Assembly: GCA_963726255.1 (NCBI GenBank)
Contig: CAVSBL010000002.1
Coordinates: 2,299,726-2,363,725, forward strand
DNA length: 64,000 nucleotides
Source: Candidatus Bathyarchaeota archaeon
Lineage (GTDB): Archaea; Thermoproteota; Bathyarchaeia; 40CM-2-53-6
Reading direction: 5' to 3'
Shown here: piece by piece, positions 50,500 to 61,798 of the stretch
Layout: each line of letters opens with the position of its first letter
Numbering within the stretch: the first letter of the stretch is position 1
Position numbers and translations under genes: made by a program
Notes under the pieces: generated by a model
What the model was told of the DNA's origin: nothing
Database searches by the model: none
Seen by the model: the letters and a program-made list of their open reading frames with translations, nothing else

Positions 50500-51246
50500 C
50501 TACTTTAGTCGTTTGAAGCTCCATGTCCCGATTCCAATCATCACAGCTGCGAACCCGGATAGGATTAGGAAGTTGAGTGCGATGGGCAATTGCGACGAGC
50601 CTAGGATCAATCCTCGAAGGCCGTCTACGGCGTAGGTGACTGGGTCGAGGATTGTGAAGATGAACAGGTATGGTGGCAGGTTCTTGAGCGGGAATAACGC
50701 GCCGCTAAAGAAGAACATAGGAAAGACGAGAAAGCTAACAATCAGTTGGAACCCTTCCACGCTCTCCATGTTCGACCCTATGATTAAGCCCAAGCTTACA
50801 AGCGCCGACGCGAGAACGAACATGAAGACAAACGAGAAAACCACTACGAGGAATGTGTAATTTATTCCTAGGACTAGGCCGAACGCAAGCATCGCACATC
50901 CCTGAATCAACGCGTCCACGCTGCCCCCAACCATTTTCCCAGCAAAAATGGTCGTTCGCGACAGTGGCGCAACGAGCACTTCCTTGAAGAAATCTATCTT
51001 CCTATCCCAAACAATGTACAGCCCGAAGAAGACGGACGAGAAAAGGATCGACATTGTCAGTATGCCTGGGAAGATGAAGACTTGGTAATTCACTCCACCC
51101 AACGACACTGCAGAGCCTAAGCCGCCGCCGAATACGACAATCCAGAGTAGGGGTGTGATGAGGGACGAGACGATACGCGACTTCTCCCTTGAAAAGACCT
51201 TGAGCTCTCGGTACCAGAGCGCGTAGAATCCTTCCAGTTCACCCAT
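50500..51246 (-). CDS. ABC-2 type (DrrB-like) permease
   Basis: About 6 TM helices; FFFSGALFP and DPVTYAVDGLR motifs. Confidence 0.88.
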   Translation of the reverse strand: MGELEGFYALWYRELKVFSREKSRIVSSLITPLLWIVVFGGGLGSAVSLGGVNYQVFIFPGILTMSILFSSVFFGLYIVWDRKIDFFKEVLVAPLSRTTIFAGKMVGGSVDALIQGCAMLAFGLVLGINYTFLVVVFSFVFMFVLASALVSLGLIIGSNMESVEGFQLIVSFLVFPMFFFSGALFPLKNLPPYLFIFTILDPVTYAVDGLRGLILGSSQLPIALNFLILSGFAAVMIGIGTWSFKRLK

Positions 51247-52213
51247 TCAGCGTCCACTCCTTACTCGGGCGATGCGTTCGAACACGCCTCCCTCACCCGA
51301 CTCCTCCCTAATCTCACGCCCAGTATAATGCAAAAACACATCGTTCAGTGTGGCCGTGCGAACCTCCACAGAGTCCACCGCGCCAACCATGCCTAGAATC
51401 TCCTGCAGATGCACGCTCGCATCCTTCACCGTCAATCGGAGTGTACTCCCCGACTGCTCCAAGCTGAGCACATAATCCAACCCCTTCAACGCCTCAAGGT
51501 TCGGCGACCGGACGCGGAGCTTGATAATCTCACCGCCCACCTTCGACTTCAACTCCCGCGGGCTATCCAAAGCAGAAACCTTCCCATGGTCAATTATCGC
51601 AACCCGATTACACAGCCTATCCGCCTCATCCATGTAATGCGTCGTAATGATAACCGAGACCTTCTCGACTTTGACCAGGTTCTCAATGTAAGCCCAAATG
51701 TGCTCACGGGTCTGCGGGTCCAGCCCCAGTGTGGGCTCGTCAAGAAACAGAATGCGCGGGTTATGCAGCAAGCCCCTCGCCAACTCCAGCCTTCTCCGCA
51801 TCCCGCCGGAATATTTCTTCACAATATCGTCCGCCCGGTCCTGCAGGTCTACGAGGCTTAGGACGTAGTCTATCCGCTTCCGCCGCTCTTCCCTTGGAAC
51901 CCCGAACATCAACGCGTGCAGGTACAGGTTCTCCCGGCCCGTTAGTACATCGTCGCTGCTCGGGTCCTGAAAAACAATGCCAATGGAACGCCGTACGTCG
52001 GCAGGGTGTGAAAGAATGTCATATCCATTCACCCGTCCCAGAGGTTGGCTTCACTAAGGTGGCGAGCATCGACAGCGTCGTAGTCTTCCCCGCCCCATTA
52101 GGGCCGAGGAGCCCAAAGATTTCACCCTCCTCAATGCTCAGGTTCAGCGAGTCCACGGCGAGCAAGTCGCCGTAACGCTTCGTCAAACCTTCCGTCTCAA
52201 CTGCATGAACCAT
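51247..52213 (-). CDS. DrrA-like ABC ATP-binding protein (frameshift near 52035)
   Basis: GPNGAGKTT in 52019-52213; YSGGMRRR and LDEPT in 51247-52032. Confidence 0.85.
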
Positions 52214-52300
52214 TGAGCATCAACCCGCCAAACATGGGACTACGCTATGTTCCTTAAATTGACTAAGCTACCCATTCGCCCTGTAACAAGGCATGTTCCT

Positions 52301-53971
52301 TTAGGCGGCTGTTCCTTTGAGTCTGGCAGCATCTACGCTTGGTCCTGCTTGGCGCAGTTCTGGGGGGCAGTCTGTTTCGTACTTTCTGAAATTGTCTATG
52401 AAGCGGAGTGCAAGTTGGCAGTATTTCTCCATGTAAGCAGTTACGTTGGGCCAGGCTTCTGCCGGGTTCAGGATTTTCGCGGGAACGCCTTCGCAGCTTT
52501 TCGGAATCTTGAAACCAAAGATGGGGTCGGTGCGGAACTCAGCGTGTGCAAGGGAGCCGTTCAACGCCGCGTTGAGCAAGGTGCGCGTGTAGGCGATGCT
52601 GATTCGTTTGCCGACGCCGTACTGTCCCCCAGTCCAGCCGGTGTTCACAAGCCAGCAATCTGGTTTGTAGCGCACGACCTTGTTTTTCAGCAAATCCAGG
52701 TATGTGTAAGGATGCTGTACCATGAACGGTGCGCCTAGGCATGTGCTAAAGGTTATTTCAGGTTCCTTGCCAAGTTCAATCTCGGTTCCTGCGATCTTCG
52801 AAGTATAACCTGAAATGAACTGGTACATCATCTGCTCGGGTGTCAACCTTGCAATAGGGGGCATCACTCCAGAGGCATCACAGGTTAGGATTACGATACT
52901 TCGAGGAGGCCCGCCCTTCCTTTCGGGAACCCAATTGTCAATGTAATCAATTGGGTAGGACGCACGAGTGTTCTCCGTATAACCCTCATCGTCCAGGTCG
53001 ATGATCCGTGTGGCCGGGTCGACTGCGACGTTCTCCAAAATGGTTCCAAACCGATGTGTAGCAGCATAGATTTGAGGTTCAGCTGAAGGAGATAATCTGA
53101 TGGCTTTGGCGTAGCAGCCTCCTTCGAAGTTGAAAATCCCATTCTCGTTCCAACCGTGTTCATCATCGCCAATTAGGCGTCGTTGAGGGTCGGCTGAGAG
53201 AGTTGTTTTTCCTGTGCCTGACAACCCGAAAAATAGGGCGGTGTCCCCGTCTCTGCCGATGTTCGCGGAACAATGCATCGGCAGAACGCCTAGCAACGGA
53301 AGTCGATGGTTGAGAAAAGTGAATACCGACTTCTTGATCTCGCCTGCATAACCTGTGTTACCAATAATGCAGAGGCCTTGCGCGAGGTTTAGGGCGATAA
53401 ACGTCTTTGTATTTACACCGTCAATTTGTGGGAGCCCTTGGAACGACGGGGCAGAGATCACGGTGAAATCCGGGACATGGTGTTTGTATTCCTCGCGGCT
53501 GCGGGGGAGAAGGAACATGTTGCGGGCGAAGAGGCCGTGCCATGCATACTCTGTAATGATGCGTATTGGTACTCGTTGTTCCTCGTCGGCGCACACGAAA
53601 CAGTCTTGGACGAAGATGTCCTTACCTTGAAGGAAGGCTTGTAAACGGTCGAAAAGTCCGCTGAAGTTCTCGGGGCCTAAGGGCCTATTGTATTCTCCCC
53701 ACCAAACTTGCGTATCCGTTGAACTCTCTCTTACAATGTACTTGTCGTTTGGCGAACGGGCTGTGTGTTTTCCCGTGTTGACCACCATGGCGCCTCCTTG
53801 GGATATCTTGCCTTCGCCTCGGAAGACTATCTCCTCGTAGAGTGCGGCTCTTCGCAAATTCCAGTAGGTTTCATGAAGGTTCGTTAAACCATGATTCTCG
53901 AGCCCATGGTCAGCCTGGAGTGTGTGAGCCTCCTTTTGGGCTGGTGTCTGAACATTCAGTATGCTATTCAT
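52301..53971 (-). CDS. pckA: Phosphoenolpyruvate carboxykinase (ATP)
   Basis: GKHTARSPNDK, FFGLSGTGKTTLS and LIGDDEHGW...FNFEGGCYAK signature. Confidence 0.95.
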   Translation of the reverse strand: MNSILNVQTPAQKEAHTLQADHGLENHGLTNLHETYWNLRRAALYEEIVFRGEGKISQGGAMVVNTGKHTARSPNDKYIVRESSTDTQVWWGEYNRPLGPENFSGLFDRLQAFLQGKDIFVQDCFVCADEEQRVPIRIITEYAWHGLFARNMFLLPRSREEYKHHVPDFTVISAPSFQGLPQIDGVNTKTFIALNLAQGLCIIGNTGYAGEIKKSVFTFLNHRLPLLGVLPMHCSANIGRDGDTALFFGLSGTGKTTLSADPQRRLIGDDEHGWNENGIFNFEGGCYAKAIRLSPSAEPQIYAATHRFGTILENVAVDPATRIIDLDDEGYTENTRASYPIDYIDNWVPERKGGPPRSIVILTCDASGVMPPIARLTPEQMMYQFISGYTSKIAGTEIELGKEPEITFSTCLGAPFMVQHPYTYLDLLKNKVVRYKPDCWLVNTGWTGGQYGVGKRISIAYTRTLLNAALNGSLAHAEFRTDPIFGFKIPKSCEGVPAKILNPAEAWPNVTAYMEKYCQLALRFIDNFRKYETDCPPELRQAGPSVDAARLKGTAA

Positions 53972-55185
53972 AACCAGTTCCTGACCATTTTCTTGTCGCC
54001 GATGTAGATCTCTTCAGGAGAAGAAGCGTCAAGGGCCCATTTCATTCTGGCCACTCCCTCGACCAGGTCGTTCACCGAACCTGCAAAGCTTAGGCGCAAC
54101 CGCCCCTCCATTCCAAATTCCTTACCTGGCACCGTAACCACAAGCGCCTTCCTCAGAAGAAATTCTGATAATTTGACTGAGTCCGGCTCATATGCGCTAA
54201 AGTCTGGAAAACAGTAGAATGCACCATCAGGCTGGATTGTCTTGACGCCGCTGAACGACCCCAATTCTTGCATTATGATGTTTCGATTGTTCTCAATCGT
54301 CAATCGCAAATTCTCAACGCCGCTTTGGATGCCAGTAAGCGCGCCCTCCGCTGCGGCTTGCAGAATTACAGACGCGCAAGATGTTGTCTGCGCCTGAACA
54401 TTCGTCATAACTCTAACCAGGCGGCTTGGTGCGATGGCCCACCCTATCCTGAATCCTGTCATGCCGTATAATTTCGAGACTCCATTGACGGATATGACGC
54501 GGGACTCGTCGATATCTCGTTGTGTGAACTCGTAACATGATACGGTTTTCTTGCCGTCAAAAACCAGTTTGTGGTAGATGTCGTCCATGATGACGTAAAT
54601 CTGCTTCTTCTCACAGAACTCCACGATCTCTTTGATGAAATCTTTCCTGAATACTAGTCCGGATGGGTTATTGGGGCTGTTGACGATAATCACTTTCGTA
54701 GACGGAGTCACAGCTCTAGTAATGTCTATCATTCGTGGATGGAGGCCACCATCCTCAGGCGTAACAAATACTGGAGTACCATAAACCATTCTCACGATTT
54801 CAGGGTAGCTTACCCAATAGGGTGCTAAGATGATCACTTCGTCCTGTGGGTTCAAGAGTGCGAATAGAAGATTGTAGATTGCTTGCTTAGCCCCTGACGT
54901 GACGATTATGTTCTCAGGTTCCACGAGCTTACCATAATTCTCTTCCGTGTATCTTATGATCGCCTTCTTTAGTGAAGGAATTCCGTCTGTTGGGGAGTAT
55001 TTGATATCGCCCGTGTTGAGCTTCGCGGCTGAGTTCAGGATGGCGTTGATCGGCGCTCTATTCTTTGGTTCGCCGATCCCGAGATGAATCACCGGCTCGC
55101 CACGTTGGCGCAACAGTTCTGCTTCTTCATTCAGTCGGAGAGTGGGAGATTCAGCGATTGATGAGGCTAAGAGGCTTACAGTCAA
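53968..55185 (-). CDS. Class I/II PLP aminotransferase (aspartate aminotransferase-like)
   Basis: NSPNNPSG, DDIY and SKLYGMTGFRIG motifs; stop overlaps the pckA start. Confidence 0.9.
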   Translation of the reverse strand: MTVSLLASSIAESPTLRLNEEAELLRQRGEPVIHLGIGEPKNRAPINAILNSAAKLNTGDIKYSPTDGIPSLKKAIIRYTEENYGKLVEPENIIVTSGAKQAIYNLLFALLNPQDEVIILAPYWVSYPEIVRMVYGTPVFVTPEDGGLHPRMIDITRAVTPSTKVIIVNSPNNPSGLVFRKDFIKEIVEFCEKKQIYVIMDDIYHKLVFDGKKTVSCYEFTQRDIDESRVISVNGVSKLYGMTGFRIGWAIAPSRLVRVMTNVQAQTTSCASVILQAAAEGALTGIQSGVENLRLTIENNRNIIMQELGSFSGVKTIQPDGAFYCFPDFSAYEPDSVKLSEFLLRKALVVTVPGKEFGMEGRLRLSFAGSVNDLVEGVARMKWALDASSPEEIYIGDKKMVRNWL

Positions 55186-55414
55186 CGAAGGTCACACACC
55201 TTAGCCGGAAAGAGATTTGAAGCTTATGTAATGATAATATGCACATCGACTAATCCTAGCACAGAGAGTTAAGGCTCATTGCCTTCGCCTTCTTCCTCCG
55301 AATACTATCCGCAAGACAAGGTCGGTTAGGCGGCGCGTCTAGCTTTTCTTGAACAGAAACCATCCATTAGCCGTAAATAGTTCGTGTTTCAAACAATTCG
55401 ATTGGCAAAGGAAA

Positions 55415-55885
55415 ATGCAAGCAAGCACTATACGGTCTACTGTAGAAGAGTGCGCGCACGAAATTCTAGACGGCGTCCCCATGGTCTTCCGGGTGATTCG
55501 AACCGAGTTGCGAAAATACGGTGCTAAGGAAATGTCTGTTCCGCAATATCGAACGTTGGCTTTTGTGTACAGAAACGAGGGCGCATCGCTGTCCGAAGTA
55601 TGCGACCACATTGGATTAACCCTTCCAACCATGTCAGCGCTAGTTGACGGATTGGTTGCTCGTGGATTGGTCAACCGCCGAACAGACCGTGAGGATCGAC
55701 GACGCATGACACTAACTCTTACAGAGCCTGGGCGCGCCAGACTTCAATCCGCACGTGCGGCGACCATGGCATACTTGGAAGAGAGGCTCCGCCAGCTTTC
55801 TGCATCTGACCGTGCCACTATTACACTGGCCATGCGAATGCTTAGAGAACTCTTTACGGGAGAGAAGAATTCTGCAAAGAACTGA
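55415..55885 (+). CDS. MarR family transcriptional regulator
   Basis: SVPQYRTL...VDGLVARGLV.R...DRR...LTLT motif. Confidence 0.9.
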   Translation: MQASTIRSTVEECAHEILDGVPMVFRVIRTELRKYGAKEMSVPQYRTLAFVYRNEGASLSEVCDHIGLTLPTMSALVDGLVARGLVNRRTDREDRRRMTLTLTEPGRARLQSARAATMAYLEERLRQLSASDRATITLAMRMLRELFTGEKNSAKN

Positions 55886-56708
55886 GTGGGTAGCTCAACA
55901 AGAGGCCAAAGGTGGCTGCATACTTCAAACACAGTCGCTCACAAAACGTTTCGGCGATCTTATCGCTGTTAACGAATTGACAATCTCTATCGAGCCTGGT
56001 GAAATCTTCGGATTGGTTGGCCCCAACGGAGCAGGTAAGACTACCGTAATCAAAATGCTTACAACTTTACTGCCTCCAACCGCTGGAAATGCTTCTGTGG
56101 ACGGCCACAGTATTACCCGTGAAGCGGTGGGAGTGAGGAGAGTAATCGGGTATGTTCCACAGTTTCTCTCGGCCGACGGCGCCCTAACAGGCTACGAGAA
56201 TCTGTTAATCTTCTCTAAACTCTACGATATCCCACGCCAAGAACGCAAACAACGAATTAGCGATGTTCTCAACTTCATGGGACTATCAGGGTTCTCAGAT
56301 AAGCTTGTGCGAACATATTCCGGCGGCATGATTAGGCGGCTGGAAATCGCGCAAGCCATGCTACATAGACCCAAAGTCCTATTCTTAGACGAACCTACCA
56401 TAGGCTTAGATCCGGTGGCTCGCAAGGCAGTATGGCAACACGTTCAGCAACTGCGAGCGGATTACGGGACGACCCTATTTCTAACCACGCATTACATGGA
56501 CGAGGCTGACCTACTGTGTGGTCGCATTGCAATAATGCATCTTGGCAAAGTTGCTGCGATCGGTAGCCCGTCCGAACTGAAGTCGTCTGTCGCAGATGAT
56601 GCCACACTGGATGATGTATTTGCATACTACTCGGGCGCTGAGGTTGACGCAGGCGGAGGTTATCGTGAGACATCGAGAGTAAGGCGAATAGCAAGGAGGG
56701 TGGGTTAA
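55886..56708 (+). CDS. DrrA-like ABC ATP-binding protein (start uncertain)
   Basis: [17 protein letters not shown] and LDEPT motifs. Confidence 0.88.
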
Positions 56709-57512
56709 TGCAAAGGCTTGGAATCATCGGCTATTTTGGCGTCATAACTAATTTCATAGGGAAAACCCTGACAATCGCTGAACTGGAAGCTCGCAAGCTT
56801 CATCACGACTTCACCGAACTGCTAACCCGTGCGGTGCAACCGGCTCTCTGGCTGTTAATTTTCGGGGAGGTATTGGCTCGGGTCAGGGCTATCCCAACCG
56901 GCAACCTGCCGTACATTGATTTCATGGCTCCGGGAATCTTAGCACAGAGTGTCCTCTTCATCGCCATCTTCTACGGCATAGCGATCATTTGGGAGCGTGA
57001 TCTCGGTATCGTTCACAAATTCTTGGCCACGCCGACTCCTCGATCAGCGTTAGTTCTCGGAAAAGCGCTTTCCGGGGGAACGAGGCCTAGCTCAGGCAGC
57101 TATCGTCTACGCTCTCGCTCTTGCCCTCGGTGTACACTTGAGTTGGAGCATTATTTCGCTCCTATTGGTTGTGGTGGTCGTAATTCTGGGGGCCGCTTTG
57201 TTCTCCACGTTCTCTTTGATCATAGCATGCTTGGTGAAAACACGCGAGCGATTCATGGGAATAGGCCAAATTCTTACCATGCCACTTTTCTTTGCAAGCA
57301 ATGCGATTTATCCGATCTCGATAATGCCAAGCTGGCTGCAGGTCGTTTCCCAAGTTAACCCATTAACCTATGAGACTGACGCGCTGCGGGCATTAATGCT
57401 CAGCAACGGACCCACCGTGTACGGAGTGCCCTTCGACTTACTGTTCCTAGTGGTTGCCACCGCGGTGAACGTTGCCATCGGCGCCAAACTGTACCCGAGG
57501 GTTGTCATCTAA
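56708..57512 (+). CDS. ABC-2 type permease (frameshift near 57080)
   Basis: ORFs 56708-57358 and 57138-57512 join after TCCGGGGGAAC to give a complete DrrB-like protein. Confidence 0.8.
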
Positions 57513-57541
57513 CCCGGCAGGCTTCATCATACTGCTATGCA

Positions 57542-57709
57542 ATGTTCTCTTCCCTGATCGTCTTCTTTTCGCCAACTATCGGAGGGGAGATTAGGAATCG
57601 CATAGATAGCAGGATAAGGAAGGAAGACATCAAAGTCCGATTCGTCGAGCTTGACAGAATCGAAATAGAGTTGCAGCGAAGGCTCAGCGAAGAGATTCCG
57701 ATGATTTGA
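57542..57709 (+). CDS. Small ORF or gene fragment (55 aa)
   Basis: MFSSLIVFFSPTIGGEIRNRIDSRIRKEDIKVRFVELDRIEIELQRRLSEEIPMI. Confidence 0.3.
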   Translation: MFSSLIVFFSPTIGGEIRNRIDSRIRKEDIKVRFVELDRIEIELQRRLSEEIPMI

Positions 57710-57724
57710 GGTGATGCATGAACT

Positions 57725-58391
57725 TTGCCAAGTTGGTGGGATCTGGCTTACTGTTCTGGACCACCTTGGGATTCAGGTCTTCCAGCGGACGAGTTGGTGG
57801 AGCTCGTCGAAGGTGGTCGCATAAGAGCTTGCAGAGCGCTTGATATTGGCTGCGGGACAGAAAGCAACGTGGTATATCTCGCCGAGAAAGGCTTTGACGC
57901 GTCCGGAGTGGATATCTCGAGGGTAGCTATTAGAAAGGCCACCGCGAAGGCCCGAGAACGAGGCTTAAGGTGCAGCTTCTATGTCCTTGATTTTACGGAG
58001 ACTCAAAAGGTCTCAAAGTCTTTTTCAACTTTTAATCTTCTTTCTTTTGGATTTCGGATGCTTCCACAGCCTATCACCGCAAGACAGAGATAGGTATGTT
58101 TACTCGCTAAAGCTTGTCTCTCACCCAAGCAGCCTTTATTTGCTGTGGTGTTTCCTGCGTGGCTCACGTTGGAGCTATGGACCACCGGGTGTCAACGAAG
58201 ATGAAGCTGAGAGAACGCTGTCAAAGGAGTTTAGGGTAATCGAGAAGCGTATACTTGACACCTCATTTCGCGAAATGCTCTTCTATATCATGCGTAGAGA
58301 CGCCAATCGAGCGAAGTGTCTTGCTGGACATCCTAATTCTAGGATTGAACCCAGTGATTCTTCTAATTTCGACAATTACTCGGGCGAATAA
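57725..58391 (+). CDS. TPMT/TehB-like SAM methyltransferase (frameshift near 58040)
   Basis: PPWDSG and ALDIGCGT in the first frame; LDFGCFH in the second; break in a T/C run. Confidence 0.75.
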
Positions 58392-58484
58392 AACAGCTGA
58401 CAGAATGCGGTGGGCAGACCCTTTGCTTCATAACCATGAGACGAATGCCATGCATTCGAAAGGTATGAAACGGAGAGCACCATA

Positions 58485-58789
58485 ATGGCTCAGAAGAAGT
58501 TCAGGCTATCGGCACGATTAAACAGTGATAATCCATCTGGCATCCGGCCAATCCTCAAGAGGCTCATTAGTGGTAAGGGAACAATGAAATCGATCGAGAA
58601 CGGATTCGAAGTTGAAGCGGACCTCGAAGGAGAAAGCGCGCGAGCCCTCAATCGCATGCTATTGTCAGAATTGCGCAGAGCGGAGAAAAGAACCAGAATC
58701 CGCGCGAATGGACGTCGGGCAACACCGTGGAAAAGTTCTTCGATTATGTGCCAAAGGGAACTCGTAGGCTAAACCAAAAAGGCAGTTAG
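58485..58789 (+). CDS. Hypothetical protein (probable frameshift near 58706)
   Basis: An alternative frame continues plausibly RIRA-EWTSGNTVEKFFDYVPKG to TAG 58789. Confidence 0.5.
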
Positions 58790-58818
58790 TACGCCAGCAG
58801 AGTCTTTTGCTGATATTC

Positions 58819-59519
58819 CTAGCCCAGACTAGCCACGAAACCCTTAACCTTCTTGGAGGCATCCGTAAGGATAGGCGGGCCGTGACCGGAAGCAAGAGCT
58901 CGAATTCATAGGACGCAATCTTTCTTATGGAATTCTTCGCCTCCTCAATGTTGAACGTCATGGCAGCCAAAGGAAGCCTGGGCATTCCGTTTTTGCCGGT
59001 TCTAAGAGCGTCGCCTACGAAGATGGCTTTCAGTCTTTCACTGTACAGGCATATGCTACCTTGCGTGTGGCCGGGAGTATGGATCACCGTTAGCCCGTCT
59101 ACCTGTTCTCCATCTTTGAGTAGAAGATCTGGCGTTACAGGCTTGAACTTCATGAACGGAGACATTGCCTTGAATAGGAAACCGGCTAGTCCTCGTACTT
59201 CTTTGAGCGGCTTTTCTCCGGTGAGGCGTGGAGCATCAGCTTCGTGAATTGCTACCTTTACGTTTCCTAGCTTCTCTTTGAGTTCTGCAACGCTCCCAGA
59301 ATGGTCTATGTCAGGGTGGGTGAGAATAATAGTGAAACTGCCCATCTGCTCCTTGCCGAGCGACTTGAGAAACTCAACTATCCTAGTAGCGTTCCCTGGC
59401 ATACCCGTATCAATCAATGTTAGGTGGCCGCCGCCTCCAACTTGAGTCTCCTCTCAGACCACGTAGGTGTTTGCTCCTCGTATCTTCGGTATCAGGTGGA
59501 TGTTCTGTCCAAGCTCCAT
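58819..59519 (-). pseudogene. MBL-fold metallo-hydrolase with in-frame TGA (59454-59456) and a frameshift near 58888
   Basis: MELGQNIHLIPKIRGANTYVV*EE...IDTG, THPDIDH, HTPGHT and GD motifs; LP/GHG restored by one extra base. Confidence 0.75.
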
Positions 59520-61063
59520 GACTTACACCCTAGCAATGACGATGTAACGTGCCTTGTCTCTCTAATGTTGGGGGGCGCAGGAGCTTTCTCGTCAAGGTTA
59601 GTTGCTTCAGGGGCCAACTGGGCTTCTAAAGTGGGTTGTGCAGGTAGGGTTTGCCTGCTTTCCTTTCCTCTGACTAGCGAGAACAATGTAGATACAATAG
59701 AGCAGGACCGCTGATATTTCGAACGCGTAACTTTGACCCGAGAGATATGCGGAAGCGTAGTTAGGCGCAAGTCTACCTGAGAATGTGCCGATGAAGAGCT
59801 GGTAAACGATGTTGGTGGGCATTACTCCCGTGATGGCTGTCAACGATAACGCGAAGCTCATCACCATTCCAGTATTCCTGAAAGTATTCATTATCCCTGA
59901 GCTTACACCGTAACGGGCAGGCGGCGAGGACGCCATAATCGCGCTCGTATTCGCTGGCCAGAACAGCCACCTCCAACACCATAAATGGCTTCTATGATTC
60001 CCACCTGAACAAGTGAAGTTGTGGTTGTAAGCCCTCTCAACAGAAACAGGACAGCTACCTGTATTGTCAATCCTAGAGAAGCTATTATTCGAGCTCCAAA
60101 CCTGTCTGAAAGTCGGCCAGCAAACGGTCCGACCAATGACAGTGCAACCGCCATCGGGATTATCAGGTAACTAGCCGTGAGTACCGAAAGCCCTGCAATG
60201 CCTTCTAAGTAGAATAGGAGAAGGAAATCCACGCTGAACAAGGCCAAGGACTGCAACATCGCAGTCATCAGTGATAGCGTAAAGACCCTGTTCTTCAGCA
60301 GAGCGAAATCAATCACGGGATCCTTGCTACGTTTTGTCTCCCAGTACACGAAGAACGCAAGAATGAACGGAGAAAAAGCGATCGAAAGAAGGGCGATGGT
60401 ATCGCTCCAGGAGTAGATGATACCCCATGTGACCCCGAACATCAAAGCGAGCAAGCCGATTGTGAATGACACGGTTGCAGGGAGGTCGATGTACCTGCTG
60501 GTCAGGTCGGTCCTAGTTTCTTTCAGGGTTCGGTATGCCCAAATCGTTCCAAAGGCGCCAATCGGCAAATTGATTAGGAAAATCAAACGCCAGCTCGTGT
60601 ACGTTATGATGAGGCCACCTAGTATTATTCCGAGAACGACGCCAGAGCCCAGACTATCGAATTAGCACCAAATGCTTTGCCTCGCTCGTTCCTTGGAAAG
60701 GCTTCGGAGAGGATGGCGAATGAGTTCGCAGCCAGTAGTGCTGCACCTATGCCTTGTATGGCTCTGAAACCCACAAGAGTTGGACCAGACGGGGCAAAGC
60801 CGCAGAGCGCTGAGCCCAGTATGAAGACAACGAAACCAACATTGTACATCCTCTTTCGCCCGTATATGTCCGAGACGGCCGAGGCTTAGGGCCAATGCCG
60901 TGTTGGCTAGGATGTAGGCGACTACGACCCAAACCATCGTAACATAGTCAGAGTTGAGTTCTTCGGCTATTGGAACAAGTGCCAAGAGGACAATGGTGCT
61001 ATCTACCGCTGACATAAGCGAGCCAACCGAAGTCACCGAGAAAGTCTTCCACTTGTATTCCAT
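59492..61063 (-). pseudogene. MFS (DHA2/EmrB-like) transporter broken by about 4 frameshifts
   Basis: Consecutive fragments 60662-61063, 60625-60849, 59903-60586, 59607-59936 and 59492-59770 carry DSTIV, GRL.D.YGRK, GRLSDRFG and NTFRNTG motifs. Confidence 0.8.
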
Positions 61064-61666
61064 TTCACCTCATCTCTCCTCAGCGTAATGGTCTCCCCTG
61101 ATTGTCATCACACATCTTCCCGCCTGTGTTCTGGCGGTTGCGTTCGACGCTAAGACCGTACGTAGGTGTCTTGACGCATGGAACGCCTCCATTCTCATTC
61201 AACGGATGTCTGACATTGGGGCAGGGTCGTCCTCTTACGCTAGCTCTCGGCCGAACCCGTACGCAAGCTCTTAAGTTTCATCTCTAAGTCTCAAGTCACC
61301 TGTGTGATCCCCAGCTCCATGCGCCTATTGCTTAGCGCTTCAGGAAAGCTTAGGCATGTTCGATGTTTCGGATGCTAAAGATATTGACTTACTTGCGTGA
61401 TGCCCAGTCAGAAGTAGTCAGTATTCAAGGGTTCCATTTGTTACATCACTCGCGATGTGAAAAAGCGACCATCCTGGAGAGGAGCGCGCTACAGAAATTT
61501 GCGGATAACAATGACCGCAATGTTCGTCGAGAGAAAGCAAGCGTCGGCGCCGCTAATTCACGCCAGACGTAGTGGGGCCTATGGGATTTGTACCCACCAA
61601 TATCGTGGGTACAATGCCTGCCATGCTTCAGCACGAGCCTGAGTCGATACAAGGGGCTCGCCCAAA

Positions 61667-61694
61667 GCGCCAGAGGTGGAATTTGAACCCCCGC
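61667..61694 (-). other. Degenerate tRNA 3'-half-like sequence
   Basis: Minus strand GCGGGGGTTCAAATTCCACCTCTGGCGC resembles a T-arm plus 3' acceptor strand; no matching 5' half nearby. Confidence 0.3.
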
Positions 61695-61798
61695 AGTTCC
61701 CTGCTTCACTCCGCGAACATAGGATGATTGTCGTTAAGGAGCCGCTTATCATCAGGGGTATTGTCGTCTACTAGAATCCGATGTGAATGGAGGTTTTG

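Noticed and set aside
5185-59456. Stop-codon recoding suggested by in-frame stops (TAA 5185, TAG 38486, TGA 59454)
   Set aside because: Three different codons at apparently non-catalytic positions, and all three are used as normal stops elsewhere. Point mutation or sequencing error is simpler.
61102-61709. Short ORFs in the MFS-ABC intergenic region
   Set aside because: Overlapping, motif-free and without convincing coding pattern.
1554-61735. Identical 12-mer ATGATTGTCGTT at 1554 and 61724, each near an RNA-like feature
   Set aside because: Many 12-mer matches are expected by chance in 64 kb, and the match does not extend.
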